DNA of 47,174 bases from Armatimonadia bacterium (GTDB taxonomy: Bacteria; Armatimonadota; Zipacnadia; Zipacnadales; UBA11051): contig JBDKRC010000180.1 in the NCBI GenBank assembly GCA_039683575.1, forward strand, positions 1 to 47,174, given 5' to 3'. Shown piece by piece: positions 1-9,507 of this stretch. Each line of letters starts with the position of its first letter. Position 1 is the first letter of the stretch. The translations under genes were made by a program, and so were the position numbers. The notes beneath the pieces are model-generated. The model was not told the DNA's origin and did not search any database. It saw only the letters and a program-made list of their open reading frames with translations.

Positions 1-109
1 GGCGCGAAACGGGCTGTAGAGGGCTTCTGGAGCCAAAATCCGGCAAAAAAGCAGATTCCGAAAGTCAAAGCTGAACTTCAACGCACGAGAAGGGCCGGTT
101 GTTCAGCGG

Positions 110-172
110 CTACATGATCGCGATGACCACCAATAGCTCAATCAACGTAAAACCGCGACGACTCCGCATCAT
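110..172 (-). pseudogene. Truncated prepilin-type N-terminal methylation (DUF1559-like) gene remnant
   Basis: Reverse strand reads [20 protein letters not shown] behind a GGAGGA RBS (177-182). It matches the other prepilin N-termini in the window, then stops at codon 21. Confidence 0.85.
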
Positions 173-462
173 AGCGTCCTCCATCTAGTGAATGTAACGA
201 CAATGTAACGACATAAGTAAGATTCCATGTCCATTGCGAATGTTCCTGCCTGCATGCGGGAAATATATCGACAGTTGCTTGCCGTTCTTCTCGTATTGTT
301 CACAAGTTGGCCGCCCAGCCGTACTGCGTATCCGGGGCACACAGAGCCCCACAGAGGGTTCATCTGCCGGACGGCGAAATGCCGATCACGGCGGTTCTAC
401 GTGCGGGACGCCGCGAATGAGAAGCGACGCATCATCATGTCTGACCGTGTGGGGAGCCCGAC

Positions 463-635
463 AATGCATGGCCTTACTGGCACGACACCACCGGCGCTTG
501 TGAAGCCCGGATGGAGACTGACGTTTCACGACGAGTTCGACCGGCCCCCAGTCGCATGACATGTACTGGCCCGCCGCCTATCGCTCGAGACGAAAGGACT
601 ACCTCAAGCGAACCGGCGGGCAGAGTCGCCGCACG
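463..635 (+). pseudogene. N-terminal fragment of a GH16-like glycoside hydrolase, frameshifted
   Basis: KPGWRLTFHDEFDRP resembles the GH16 N-terminal W-x-L-x-F-x-D-E-F-D motif. Removing one C from the run at ~546-549 continues the frame into QSHDMYWPAAYRS. No catalytic ExDxxE motif follows. Confidence 0.55.
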
Positions 636-674
636 TACCTCATACCATCACGCTTCCCTCAGGAGCCACTGCCT

Positions 675-2930
675 ATGGTCCGCACACTTGTCGTCAGCTT
701 TGCCCTGTTGCTGGTTCTCCTCACCACGGCGGTTGCACAGCCTGCAACTGTCGAAGTGCGTGACGGAGTGCCGTTGATGGTCATCAACGGGCAGCCTGCG
801 GCTCCGGTCATCTACCGCGAGAACTACAATTACAACTCGCGAGAGCAGTCACTGTCCCACTACGTCAGCCTCTACAAGGCAGGGGTGCGCACCTTCTTCT
901 TGCCGATGGGCATCGGCCCCACCAGCACGCACGAACAGCGCGCGGCGTCGTGGAGCAAATGGAGTGACCCGGTCATCGAGCAGCTAATCAAGGCTACCGG
1001 ACCGGACATCCGGGTGCTGCTGATGGTGCCGACGGACATAAAGCGGAATTCAAACAAGCAATGGGCCGAGGCCAATCCGGGCGAGATGACGCTCTGGCCG
1101 CCCGAGATGACACCGGGTGATCGCGCCTCACTGTCCTCCCTCAAGGCGAGGGCACTGACGCGCGAGGGCCTGGCTGACCTGGTCAAATACGTGGAGGCCC
1201 GGCCGTATGCCTCTAACGTCATCGGGTATTTCCTCTGCGGCGGCGGCGGAGAGTGGCTGGACTACTGGGACTACAGTCCCGCCGCGGAGGCCGGCTTTCG
1301 CCGCTGGTTGACCGCCAAATACGGCGCTGACGCCGCGCTGCAGAGGAGCTGGGGGGAAGCGAAGGTATCGCTTCAGACGGCCACGCTACCGCAGTGGGAC
1401 CGCCTGCACAAAGGCGACGTTGGCCTCTTCCTCGACCCAACCAGGAGCCGGCAGGTCATTGACTTCTACCAGTTCTTCCACGAGGACGCCGCGGCAGCGG
1501 CAGCGGATCTGTGCAAGGCGGCCAAGGAGGCCTGCCAGGGGCGGCGGCTGGTTGGGATCTGGGGCGGGTACTACTTCTTCCCGAACTGGGACCCGGCTGA
1601 CAAGGGGCTCTTCCGCCGCCGGCAGGGGGCCTTCGAGACTACCGTCAAGGACCCCAACATCGACTTCTTCATGGCCCCATACTCCTACCGGGAGCGCCAT
1701 CCTGGCGGCGTTTTCGCGCCTCAGTTCCTCTTCGATACCATTCGGCTGCACGGGAAGCTGGCCGTTATCGAAGAGGATTCGCGGACGTCACTGGCCGCTG
1801 CGGCCGACGATGTCTACAACCCGGAGAAGTCGCCGAACGCTAATGTGACCATCGGCGACAACTTCGGGCGCTCCATGACGGTCGATGAGAGCCTTGCTGT
1901 GCTCACGCGCAACTTCGCCGGCATCTACTCCCAGCCAGGGATGGGCTCAAGCTGGTACTGTCTTGGCAACAACGGCGGATGGTACCAGGACCCCAGGCTG
2001 CTGGGCACAGTCACGAAGCTCAAGCGGCTGGCGGACCAGCATTTCGCCTCTGTGCGCAAGGTGTCCCAGATTGCGGTCATCGTCAGCAACCGCTCACTGT
2101 GGTACCAGAAGGTGAACGACTACACCCCTGAGATGACCACGCGCCTCCTGGTCGAGGGCCTGTCCCGGCTCGGTGCCCCCTATGACGTCTACCTCGACAG
2201 CGACCTCGAGTACGCCCAGTTCCCCTTTGACCGCTACAAGCTCTTCATCTTCGCCAATACCTTCCACCTCTCGGCCAAACAGCGGGAGATCATCAAACAG
2301 CGGGTGCAGACCGGGGACAAGACAGTGTTGTCGCTCTACGCCTCGGGCTATGCGGACGACAACGGTCTTTCACTGGCTGGCCTCGAGGACGTTACGGGAA
2401 TGAAGATGGGGTCAGCCAGGGTCAGTCTGGCCAAGGGCGCGGATGTCGTCATCACCGACTACACCCACCCGGTCACGCGCACTGTCCCGCGCGGCACACG
2501 CTATGGGACGGCGCAGGAGTTCGGGCCGGTCCTGTGGTGTGATGATCCACAGGCGGCGCCGCTGGGCGATCTGGTGGCCACGGACGCTTCCGGTGGCGTA
2601 CTGACGCTGTGCAAGCGCGGCGGGCTATGCGCCAAGCGTCTGGACGGCTGGACCTCCGTCTGGTCCGCGGTCCCGAACCTACCACCCGACCTGCTGCGCT
2701 CGATTGCCAGGATGGCTGGCGTCCACGTCTACAGTGACGCCAATGATGCAGTCTACGTCTCCAATGGCCTCCTCGGCCTCCATACGGGCTATGCCGGGCC
2801 GCGTACGATCCACCTCCCGCGGGCCAGCCGCATCACCGATGCCCTGACCGGCGAGTGCGTGGCCAAGAGCACCAGGGAGTTCACCATCAATCTGCCGGCG
2901 CGTGCTACGGGATTGTGGGAGATCGAGTAG
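675..2930 (+). CDS. Secreted beta-galactosidase-like glycoside hydrolase (GH42-like barrel plus trimerisation-like domain)
   Basis: Long ORF. Likely start is ATG 675 after AGGAG (661-665), followed by signal peptide MVRTLVVSFALLLVLLTTAVA. Motifs DYSPAAEAGFRRWLTAKYG...L..SW and LSRLGAPYDVY...YKLFIF are typical of GH42-like proteins. Confidence 0.75.
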   Translation: MVRTLVVSFALLLVLLTTAVAQPATVEVRDGVPLMVINGQPAAPVIYRENYNYNSREQSLSHYVSLYKAGVRTFFLPMGIGPTSTHEQRAASWSKWSDPVIEQLIKATGPDIRVLLMVPTDIKRNSNKQWAEANPGEMTLWPPEMTPGDRASLSSLKARALTREGLADLVKYVEARPYASNVIGYFLCGGGGEWLDYWDYSPAAEAGFRRWLTAKYGADAALQRSWGEAKVSLQTATLPQWDRLHKGDVGLFLDPTRSRQVIDFYQFFHEDAAAAAADLCKAAKEACQGRRLVGIWGGYYFFPNWDPADKGLFRRRQGAFETTVKDPNIDFFMAPYSYRERHPGGVFAPQFLFDTIRLHGKLAVIEEDSRTSLAAAADDVYNPEKSPNANVTIGDNFGRSMTVDESLAVLTRNFAGIYSQPGMGSSWYCLGNNGGWYQDPRLLGTVTKLKRLADQHFASVRKVSQIAVIVSNRSLWYQKVNDYTPEMTTRLLVEGLSRLGAPYDVYLDSDLEYAQFPFDRYKLFIFANTFHLSAKQREIIKQRVQTGDKTVLSLYASGYADDNGLSLAGLEDVTGMKMGSARVSLAKGADVVITDYTHPVTRTVPRGTRYGTAQEFGPVLWCDDPQAAPLGDLVATDASGGVLTLCKRGGLCAKRLDGWTSVWSAVPNLPPDLLRSIARMAGVHVYSDANDAVYVSNGLLGLHTGYAGPRTIHLPRASRITDALTGECVAKSTREFTINLPARATGLWEIE

Positions 2931-2969
2931 GGCAACAGTCTGCGCGTGGGGATGTCTCGCCCAAAGTGA

Positions 2970-3010
2970 AAATGGCTCTCACCGCCTTCAGAGGCGGATG
3001 AGAGCCATTT
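2970..3010. terminator. Intrinsic terminator hairpin between convergent genes (AAATGGCTCTCA family)
   Basis: Arms aaatggctctca/tgagagccattt with an inner ccgcct/aggcgg stem and T-rich flanks on both strands. Confidence 0.75.
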
Positions 3011-3039
3011 CTGTGTCTCTGGTTGGATTTTGGGCTCGT

Positions 3040-3588
3040 TTACCGAACGGCAGGGAAGTACTTCAGGTAGTTGCCCTGCACATCCTGCTTGGCGAGGAAC
3101 TTGGCGTGGCCATCCACAAACTCGTAGTTGGCGCCGTCGTTGTGGGGGAACCTCATCAGCGACCAGTTGGTGGAGGTGGGCGGGGCAATCAGCGAATCGG
3201 CGTCGCCGATCATGAACGTCTCGGAGGGGCTGGTGATCGTGCCCAGGCTCTTGAAGTCCAGGTATGACCAGTTCCAGCCGTAGTTGCGGCCCGCGAGCCC
3301 TGACTGGCTCGGGCACTTGAGCAACTGGGTGTTCTTCATGTACGGCTGGGTGATGACGTCCCAATAGTACACGCCACCTGAGTCCATGCGATAGGCGAAG
3401 AAAGTCTCGTCATAGTCCTGCGCGTAACTGAGGATCGCCAGCCCGAGCTGCTTTACGTTTGACAGACAACTGCTCTGCCTTGCCTTCTCCCGAGCTTTGG
3501 CGAATACCGGGAAGAGGATCGCTGCCAGAATGGCAATGATGGCAATTACGACCAGAAGCTCGATCAGTGTGAAGCCGCGTCGTCTCAT
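3040..3588 (-). CDS. Prepilin-type N-terminal cleavage/methylation protein, DUF1559-like with H-X9-DG C-terminal motif
   Basis: [10 protein letters not shown] motif, CPS, and C-terminal [22 protein letters not shown] upstream. Confidence 0.93.
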   Translation of the reverse strand: MRRRGFTLIELLVVIAIIAILAAILFPVFAKAREKARQSSCLSNVKQLGLAILSYAQDYDETFFAYRMDSGGVYYWDVITQPYMKNTQLLKCPSQSGLAGRNYGWNWSYLDFKSLGTITSPSETFMIGDADSLIAPPTSTNWSLMRFPHNDGANYEFVDGHAKFLAKQDVQGNYLKYFPAVR

Positions 3589-3728
3589 CTATATCCTCCA
3601 ATGTTTCACAACCTTGCGTCAGTGCCGACGCTAAGCGGCATATATTCGGCCAATAAACCGCAAGACCTTCACGGGGTATTGGAAAGGTGCCAGATCAGGA
3701 GGAAAACATCCCGGTAGGGGCGGACCGG

Positions 3729-5342
3729 TCACTCACGACGTCTGAGGATGGTGAAGCCATTGCCCGTCAGGTCGGTGACATAGTCGGCGGCAAGTGCCCT
3801 GTCTAGCTCGGCGAACTCCCGCGTTGTGTCCGCACCGCTGGGCCAAGGCTTGTGTGCTCCGGTTACCCGGATCACGAAACGTGGCTTCGCCGCCAGGAAG
3901 GCCGCCATGAACCGCTGCCGAAGGCCCTGAATGTAGGGCTGCGACACGTGATGGTAGAAGCAGAAGTCCCACCAGAAGGGCGTAGCGAGGCGAGAGCGCG
4001 TCAGGAGCATGGCATGAACCGCGCCACCAGTCCAGTCAAGAGGCTGCACGGTGTCGCCAGGCCTGACATGGCCCCGTAGGTACCCAGCCATGACGTCTAC
4101 GCGTCCGTCCTTGGGTGGAGGAAGTTGGCCCGCCAGGCTCTGGCGCAGAGGTTGTTGAGCCCCAAACAGCACGGTCGCTGCGTAGAGGGAGAAAAGCACG
4201 ACCGGGACGAATGAACGCACAGAGGATGCAGCGCCCGCGTTCTGCGCCAGGAGCGTCGAACACAGGGCGGAGCCAAACAGCAGGAAGGGCAGGTATTGGT
4301 AGACCCAAAACTGACCTGAGGTGATCGGATAGACGGCGAAGGCCAGCGTCAGGCAGGCCAGAAGTCCAACTCCAGCCCGTTGTCGTGCATCTGGGATGGT
4401 AGCCCCGGCAACGGCGCTGACCAGACCCACTACGCCTGTGGCTATCAGCCACCGAGACCCGCCCAGGCAGAGACCGTAGGCGATGAGGTAATGTATCCGG
4501 TCGGCACCTGCGATCGTCTTGTGCCACCCTGTGAGACTGGCATACAGAGGCAGGTAGTGCCGTAGCACGTCCAGGAAGGGCTGCCATGCGCCAATGGCCC
4601 ACAGCCAACACATGAGGCCACCAACCGGCAGTGCGAAGCCAAGCAGGCCGAGTCCCGCAATCCAAGCCCGTTCCGGCCGGGTCGGCGGGCGACCGGTCCG
4701 GGGAGCCGGTGCTAACATGAGGTAGCCCAGCAGCACCGGCAGTGCGAGAGCGGAGTGGGGCTTTATCCCCGCACACAGGCCCACAGCGACCCCGACGATG
4801 GCGCTCCGCAGTCTGACCGGCTGCCGGGAGGCGCCGAGCGTAGCGAACAGCCCCCAGGCGAGAGGGACTAACAGGACGAACTCCCGCTGCAGGCTGTAAA
4901 CCGGGCCTAGCGATAGGTACTGCAAGGGGAAGATGAGCGCCGCCAGCAGGGCTGGCTTCCGCCCAAGACTGCGTAGTGAAAGGTAGGTTGCCGAGGCAAT
5001 CGAGGCCAGACAGGAGAGATCAATCAGCCGGATCGGCAGGTTCTCGTACGCCGAGAGCCACCCGATGGCCCGATAGGCCAGAATCGTCCCCGGCATGTTG
5101 AAGTCGAAGTAGTCGCGATATGGTACCCAGTGAAGGCTGCCCACCAGATAGCTCGCGTATAGCATGAGCGGGAGGTCGTGCTCGTAGCGCCATCTGAGGG
5201 AGACAGCAGCGAGGGCGGCGAGGGTCACCGCGAGCAACACGGTGAGGGCAGTGGACGCGCGTGCGATGAGATGACGCGTACCAGTGGTTCTGCCCTGTGG
5301 CACGGCGTCGGGGGGTGGACCGATGACTACCGGACTCGTCAT
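3729..5342 (-). CDS. Polytopic membrane protein, probable GT-C fold glycosyltransferase (ArnT/GT39-like)
   Basis: 537-aa ORF with many hydrophobic helices, an acidic first loop (YEHDLP...PYRDYFDFNMPG), QREF and GIKP motifs, and a soluble C-terminal domain. Confidence 0.65.
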   Translation of the reverse strand: MTSPVVIGPPPDAVPQGRTTGTRHLIARASTALTVLLAVTLAALAAVSLRWRYEHDLPLMLYASYLVGSLHWVPYRDYFDFNMPGTILAYRAIGWLSAYENLPIRLIDLSCLASIASATYLSLRSLGRKPALLAALIFPLQYLSLGPVYSLQREFVLLVPLAWGLFATLGASRQPVRLRSAIVGVAVGLCAGIKPHSALALPVLLGYLMLAPAPRTGRPPTRPERAWIAGLGLLGFALPVGGLMCWLWAIGAWQPFLDVLRHYLPLYASLTGWHKTIAGADRIHYLIAYGLCLGGSRWLIATGVVGLVSAVAGATIPDARQRAGVGLLACLTLAFAVYPITSGQFWVYQYLPFLLFGSALCSTLLAQNAGAASSVRSFVPVVLFSLYAATVLFGAQQPLRQSLAGQLPPPKDGRVDVMAGYLRGHVRPGDTVQPLDWTGGAVHAMLLTRSRLATPFWWDFCFYHHVSQPYIQGLRQRFMAAFLAAKPRFVIRVTGAHKPWPSGADTTREFAELDRALAADYVTDLTGNGFTILRRRE

Positions 5343-5502
5343 GGCGGGATTGCCTATCTTGATCCGGATTACTATCAGGAAAGCGGCATTCTCCGAAGCG
5401 CATTACTCCAAGCCATCTATAGCATACTTTAGCCGTTATCGCCACCGATACCTTCTTTCCTCCGCGTCAGTGAGGCGAATCGCGTCTTTCAGAAGAAGCG
5501 CA

Positions 5503-5534
5503 AATGGCTCTCAGAGTGATCTCTGAGAGCCATT
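5503..5534 (-). terminator. Hairpin downstream of prepilin gene (AAATGGCTCTCA family)
   Basis: Perfect 14-bp stem aatggctctcagag/ctctgagagccatt with a 4-nt loop. Confidence 0.7.
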
Positions 5535-5558
5535 GAGGTTAGCTGTACGGCAAGGCCC

Positions 5559-6260
5559 CTAGTGGGCCGGTGAGCCGTTGGCGTAATACGCGATGTCCAG
5601 GGGCGCCTTCGTGTACTTGACCGGGCCCACGAAGGTCGAGGCCGGATCGTACGCCATCTTGTGCCACTTCGCGTGCCCGTCGGCGTAGACCATGTTGGCG
5701 CCCTCGTTGTGACGGGCGGGGATGAAGGCACTCTGATGCCAGGACGGACAGAAGAAGCGGCTCGAGTTGGAGCTGGGATAATCGACCGGACTGTGTGTCC
5801 AGTCCGAATCCGCCAGCAGCAGTGTCTCGGAGGGATAAACGATGGTCGCCATGGCAGTACCGGCACTGTTGCCAAGGATATTCAGGTTCACGCCGTAGTC
5901 GGTCGGAGCGGGGATATTGCCGCCAGCCGAACTCCAGTAGGCATAGCCGTTGTAACAGGGGCCATCGGCACTGGGACAGCGAAGCACTTGCAGGTTCTTG
6001 ACGTAGGGCTGCAGTAGACCCATCCACATGCAGTAGTAGGTGCGGGGGTTGTCGGCGATATAGTTGGGCGGGATGGTCTCGTCGTAGTCCTGGGCATATT
6101 GCATCATCGCCAGGCCAAGCTGCTTGCAGTTGTTCAGACAGCTGCTCTGTCGCGCCTTCTCACGCGCCTTGGCGAACACCGGGAACAAGATGGCCGCCAG
6201 AATGGCAATGATGGCGATTACGACCAGAAGCTCAATAAGTGTAAAACCGCGTCGTCTCAT
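5559..6260 (-). CDS. Prepilin-type N-terminal cleavage/methylation protein, DUF1559-like with H-X9-DG motif
   Basis: [10 protein letters not shown] motif, CPS, DYGVN and [14 protein letters not shown]. Same GGAGGATATAG-ATG context as 3040..3588. Confidence 0.93.
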   Translation of the reverse strand: MRRRGFTLIELLVVIAIIAILAAILFPVFAKAREKARQSSCLNNCKQLGLAMMQYAQDYDETIPPNYIADNPRTYYCMWMGLLQPYVKNLQVLRCPSADGPCYNGYAYWSSAGGNIPAPTDYGVNLNILGNSAGTAMATIVYPSETLLLADSDWTHSPVDYPSSNSSRFFCPSWHQSAFIPARHNEGANMVYADGHAKWHKMAYDPASTFVGPVKYTKAPLDIAYYANGSPAH

Positions 6261-6444
6261 CTATATCCTCCAAAATTATGCAGCGTCGTCCGCAGCTGAT
6301 ACCAATATGCGCATATTCTGCCACACAAGCCACATAACCTTCGTGGGCGATCCAAGGAAATCAGTCTGCGGGCCTGGGACGACGCATTCTCAGCCTGTCA
6401 CAAGCCCGCGTCAGGGCAGTCATAGCGCTGCCGGCGAACAACCC

Positions 6445-6487
6445 AAAAATGCCCCCCAGTGCCATTCTGTGGCATCTGGAGGGCATT
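6445..6487 (-). terminator. Intrinsic terminator after the displaced tRNA-Phe 3' fragment
   Basis: Minus strand reads aatgccctccagatgccacagaatggcactggggggcatttttg: a long stem followed by T5. Confidence 0.7.
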
Positions 6488-6496
6488 GTCTAGTTC

Positions 6497-6535
6497 TGGT
6501 GGCCAGGCCCAGATTTGAACCGGGGACACACGGAT
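6497..6535 (-). repeat. Duplicated tRNA-Phe 3' half (att-like direct repeat)
   Basis: tggtggccaggcccagatttgaaccggggacacacggat matches 21867..21905 at 38/39 positions. Identity ends at the anticodon loop. Confidence 0.92.
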
Positions 6536-6627
6536 GCAGCGCGAAGGTGGCTCTGCAGATTCGCGATCTCGAGGTTGATTATGTGCGGGTCTATGCGCGG
6601 GACAAGGTGCCTGTCAAAGGCAGTTGA
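6536..6627 (+). pseudogene. C-terminal fragment of a GH16-like glycoside hydrolase
   Basis: RDLEVDYVRVYAR...* matches the GH16 C-terminal VDYVRVY motif. There is no start codon or upstream body; the fragment begins at the att repeat edge. Confidence 0.6.
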
Positions 6628-6657
6628 GGGACCCAGCCATCGAGTACTGGGGGCAGT

Positions 6658-9507
6658 TCACTGCACGCGCACGGTGAAGAGCAACTGTCCGGTCCCGCCG
6701 GTCAAGAGGCTGCCACCGAAGGTCCACACGATGGGACCCGTTCCGCCCACCGGTGGGGCCGTGATGTTGCAGGAGGTCAGATCCGCCGGCAAGGCGCCAT
6801 GTGAGGCCGAGACAAAGACAGTATAGGCGAGTGTGGAGTCATACACTACGAGGTCTTTCAGCGGGTTGCCGGACGTGTTGGCGTACGTGATGGTGTAGGT
6901 CACGTCCTGCCCCGGGGTGACCAGGGTCTTGTCCGGAACCTTCGTCAACGTCAGCCCCGTGTGCTCCGACACTGTCGTGCAGTCCCTGCGAGTAGTGATG
7001 CTGGTCAAGACAGGGGCGGAGTTGGTATAGGCGAAGGTGGCGCTGATGGCGGTGAGGTCAATGGCGCCAAGTGGCGCACTGACCGGCACCACGACCCGGA
7101 GAAGAACTGCGACCGTCTCACCGGCCGAGAGAGTAAGCGGGCCCGTTATGGCGGGTTCGCCCGCATCATAGATGCCATCCCCGTTCGTGTCCCGGTACAG
7201 GATCTGGTTCCAGCCCTCTACCGCCGGGTCCTGGGCCGAATTGAGCGCGAAGGTGACGGTGCCGCCGGAACCCGCACTGAACTGGTGTGCATACCAGACT
7301 ATGCTGCCCGGGATCACCGTGCGCTGCCAGTCCGGCAGAAAGCTGATGCCCTTCACGTCGCCGAAATCGACATTGACGTACTGAACGTCCGCCGCAGGTG
7401 TGAAGCTGACCGTGTCACTGGCACGATCATACGCACCCCCGGTATTGCCTACTGAGGCGCCGGTGGAGGCGTAATCTGCCAGTCCGCTTTCCACGACCTT
7501 CATGGCTGTGCCGACGGCGGTGTAGGGCACCCACAGGGCGTAGCTGCCCTGGGCGTCGGTGGAGGTCGCTTCATAGACCACGTCTGAGGCATTGGTAGCC
7601 TTCATCTCCACACTCGCCAGAGGCGCTTCAGTCCCGTTGCGCAGCCCGTCGTTGGCAACGCCGCTACCCATGCCGTTATCCTCAAACACCATCCCACGAA
7701 GCGTGAACCCGTGCCATAGGCCAAACCTCAGCCCAGTGACACTGGCGGTCGCCACCGTCACGCCAGTGATCTTCTGGTCGGGATGCTCGATCCCGAGCCA
7801 CCCGGACGGCAGGTAGGCAGTGGTGTCGTTGAGGGTACTATTGTCGTCGAGAATGACACTGTAGTCGCCATTGCTGATATTGGCGAAGTCGTAGGCTCCG
7901 CTGGTCGGATCCACGGCCACGGCCCTCACGGCGGCGCCACCGGCGGCGGGCACCAGCTTCGCGTACATCCCGGTCACGCCCGTTCCCGTCTCCATGGAGT
8001 CGAGTTTCTGGTTATGGTTCAGGTCCTCATAGACGGTGCCGGTGACATGGGCGGCAGGCAAGATCAGGACCGTGTCCGCCGCGAAGTTCTGCCTGTGGCA
8101 AGGACTGTCCGTGACGAAGCAACGAAGTACCATCACTGTGGCAGTTCCAACATTCGGGGCCGTAAAGCCGGTGGTCGCCGCAGCGGGATTGCTGAAGGTT
8201 CCCCCGTCCATGCTGGTCCATTGGTAAGTGTAGCCGCCGGCACCGCCACTTGCGATAGCGATCACTGGTGCAGTGGTCCCGCCGACGATCTGAGCTGGCA
8301 CGGTGATGGCTAGCCCCGGTCGGCGGTCGATGCCACTGAGCAAGAGGAAGTTGAGATAAGCACGCTGTGCCGCGACGTCGGCCGTACTGCTGCCGCTGAG
8401 GTCATGGCCCCCTATGTATAGCGCCATGCCACAGCTGCTATCGCCGTACGCCCGGCCGTAGGCGACAGCCGCCGCGGGGCCAGCGGACTTGCCATTCAGG
8501 ACGTCAGACTGCGTGGGATCCCAGACTGCGAGGGTAGTCGTCGGCCGCCACTGCCCACCCAGCGCCGGCATGAAGATCTGCTCCGAACCATCGGTGGTGG
8601 CCCCGTCGAGGGTTGACATGAACTGCATGATCGGGTGCGCGTCGTCCCTGTAGTTGTAGGGCGGGGAACCCTCCTTATGGTCGCCGAACAGTGTCAGTCT
8701 CGGGTCGCTGAGAAAGGCGCACTCATACTGTCCGGTAGCCGGGTTTATGAGGTTCTCGAAGGCACTCACACCGTGACATCCCGAAAAGAAGTACCCTCCG
8801 GCGTGTATGTAGTCGATCAGATAGTGGTGAGTACTCCAGGCCGGATCGGAATGGGGCAGAGAGTAGAGGTCTATGCAACGCGTAAGGTCGCTTGGCAGCC
8901 CAACCTTGTACGAAGTTGTTGGGATGCCTGCGGCATCATAGAAGGGTTTGATCAGATCTTCATTGGCGGTATCAATGAGCGTTCTTGGGAAGTAGGTGAC
9001 GGTGTTGTACACCGGGGCCGTGAAGGAACTGGTGGTCGGTCCGTATACGACCACGCCTTGCGATTTCCAGTTGTTGATGCTTGTCACAACCGAGTTGATG
9101 ACAAACTCCGCCGGCACAATGAAAGAGCCACCGGAGAAACTGATACCGTCGGCAACAAAGTCAACGCCATCCTTGCTCTTGGCGGGGTTGATGCTCCAGT
9201 AGAGCGGGATGCGGCTGTTGGTGACAATGTCATAGACGAGCCCGTAGGGCCGCAGGCCATTGCTGACCGTCTGAGGCACGACCCCCATGTTGATGATATA
9301 GGCGCCGGCAGGGAAGGTAGTGAGTGCCGCCGATGCCGGCACCGTGGCAGCCAGCATGCTGGACGCGAGAAGCAGCGCCCACCACACCACCGGGCGGCGA
9401 CGGCGCGGTACTGGCGCCAGCGCGGCGGGAGTGGCCGTCATCTCCCTGCTATCGCAGTGATACGGTGCCATTGAACCAGTCCTCGTGGGTTCGCACGTGT
9501 TGTTCAC
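6658..9507 (-). CDS. Secreted DUF11/SdrD-B-like domain protein, putative tip adhesin
   Basis: Signal peptide (RRRRPVVWWALLLASSMLAATVPASA), unique N-terminal domain, two SdrD-B-like GxVxED repeats and a C-terminal DUF11 (LTLTK...PGQDVTYTITYAN...VVYD). GTG start overlaps the upstream TGA; the start could be later. Confidence 0.8.
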   Translation of the reverse strand: MNNTCEPTRTGSMAPYHCDSREMTATPAALAPVPRRRRPVVWWALLLASSMLAATVPASAALTTFPAGAYIINMGVVPQTVSNGLRPYGLVYDIVTNSRIPLYWSINPAKSKDGVDFVADGISFSGGSFIVPAEFVINSVVTSINNWKSQGVVVYGPTTSSFTAPVYNTVTYFPRTLIDTANEDLIKPFYDAAGIPTTSYKVGLPSDLTRCIDLYSLPHSDPAWSTHHYLIDYIHAGGYFFSGCHGVSAFENLINPATGQYECAFLSDPRLTLFGDHKEGSPPYNYRDDAHPIMQFMSTLDGATTDGSEQIFMPALGGQWRPTTTLAVWDPTQSDVLNGKSAGPAAAVAYGRAYGDSSCGMALYIGGHDLSGSSTADVAAQRAYLNFLLLSGIDRRPGLAITVPAQIVGGTTAPVIAIASGGAGGYTYQWTSMDGGTFSNPAAATTGFTAPNVGTATVMVLRCFVTDSPCHRQNFAADTVLILPAAHVTGTVYEDLNHNQKLDSMETGTGVTGMYAKLVPAAGGAAVRAVAVDPTSGAYDFANISNGDYSVILDDNSTLNDTTAYLPSGWLGIEHPDQKITGVTVATASVTGLRFGLWHGFTLRGMVFEDNGMGSGVANDGLRNGTEAPLASVEMKATNASDVVYEATSTDAQGSYALWVPYTAVGTAMKVVESGLADYASTGASVGNTGGAYDRASDTVSFTPAADVQYVNVDFGDVKGISFLPDWQRTVIPGSIVWYAHQFSAGSGGTVTFALNSAQDPAVEGWNQILYRDTNGDGIYDAGEPAITGPLTLSAGETVAVLLRVVVPVSAPLGAIDLTAISATFAYTNSAPVLTSITTRRDCTTVSEHTGLTLTKVPDKTLVTPGQDVTYTITYANTSGNPLKDLVVYDSTLAYTVFVSASHGALPADLTSCNITAPPVGGTGPIVWTFGGSLLTGGTGQLLFTVRVQ

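Noticed and set aside
561-674. N-terminal extension of the 789-aa ORF
   Set aside because: RBS and signal peptide point to ATG 675; the extension appears to belong to the GH16-like remnant.
3040-6260. Diversity-generating retroelement or integron cassette array explaining prepilin variability
   Set aside because: No reverse transcriptase, template/variable repeat pair, integron integrase or convincing attC R-box pattern seen.
6497-6560. A second functional tRNA-Phe
   Set aside because: Only the 3' 39 nt are present; no anticodon loop, D-arm or 5' acceptor strand.
6124-6627. 167-aa ORF as a real gene
   Set aside because: Composite of antisense prepilin sequence, terminator, tRNA fragment and a short GH16-like tail.
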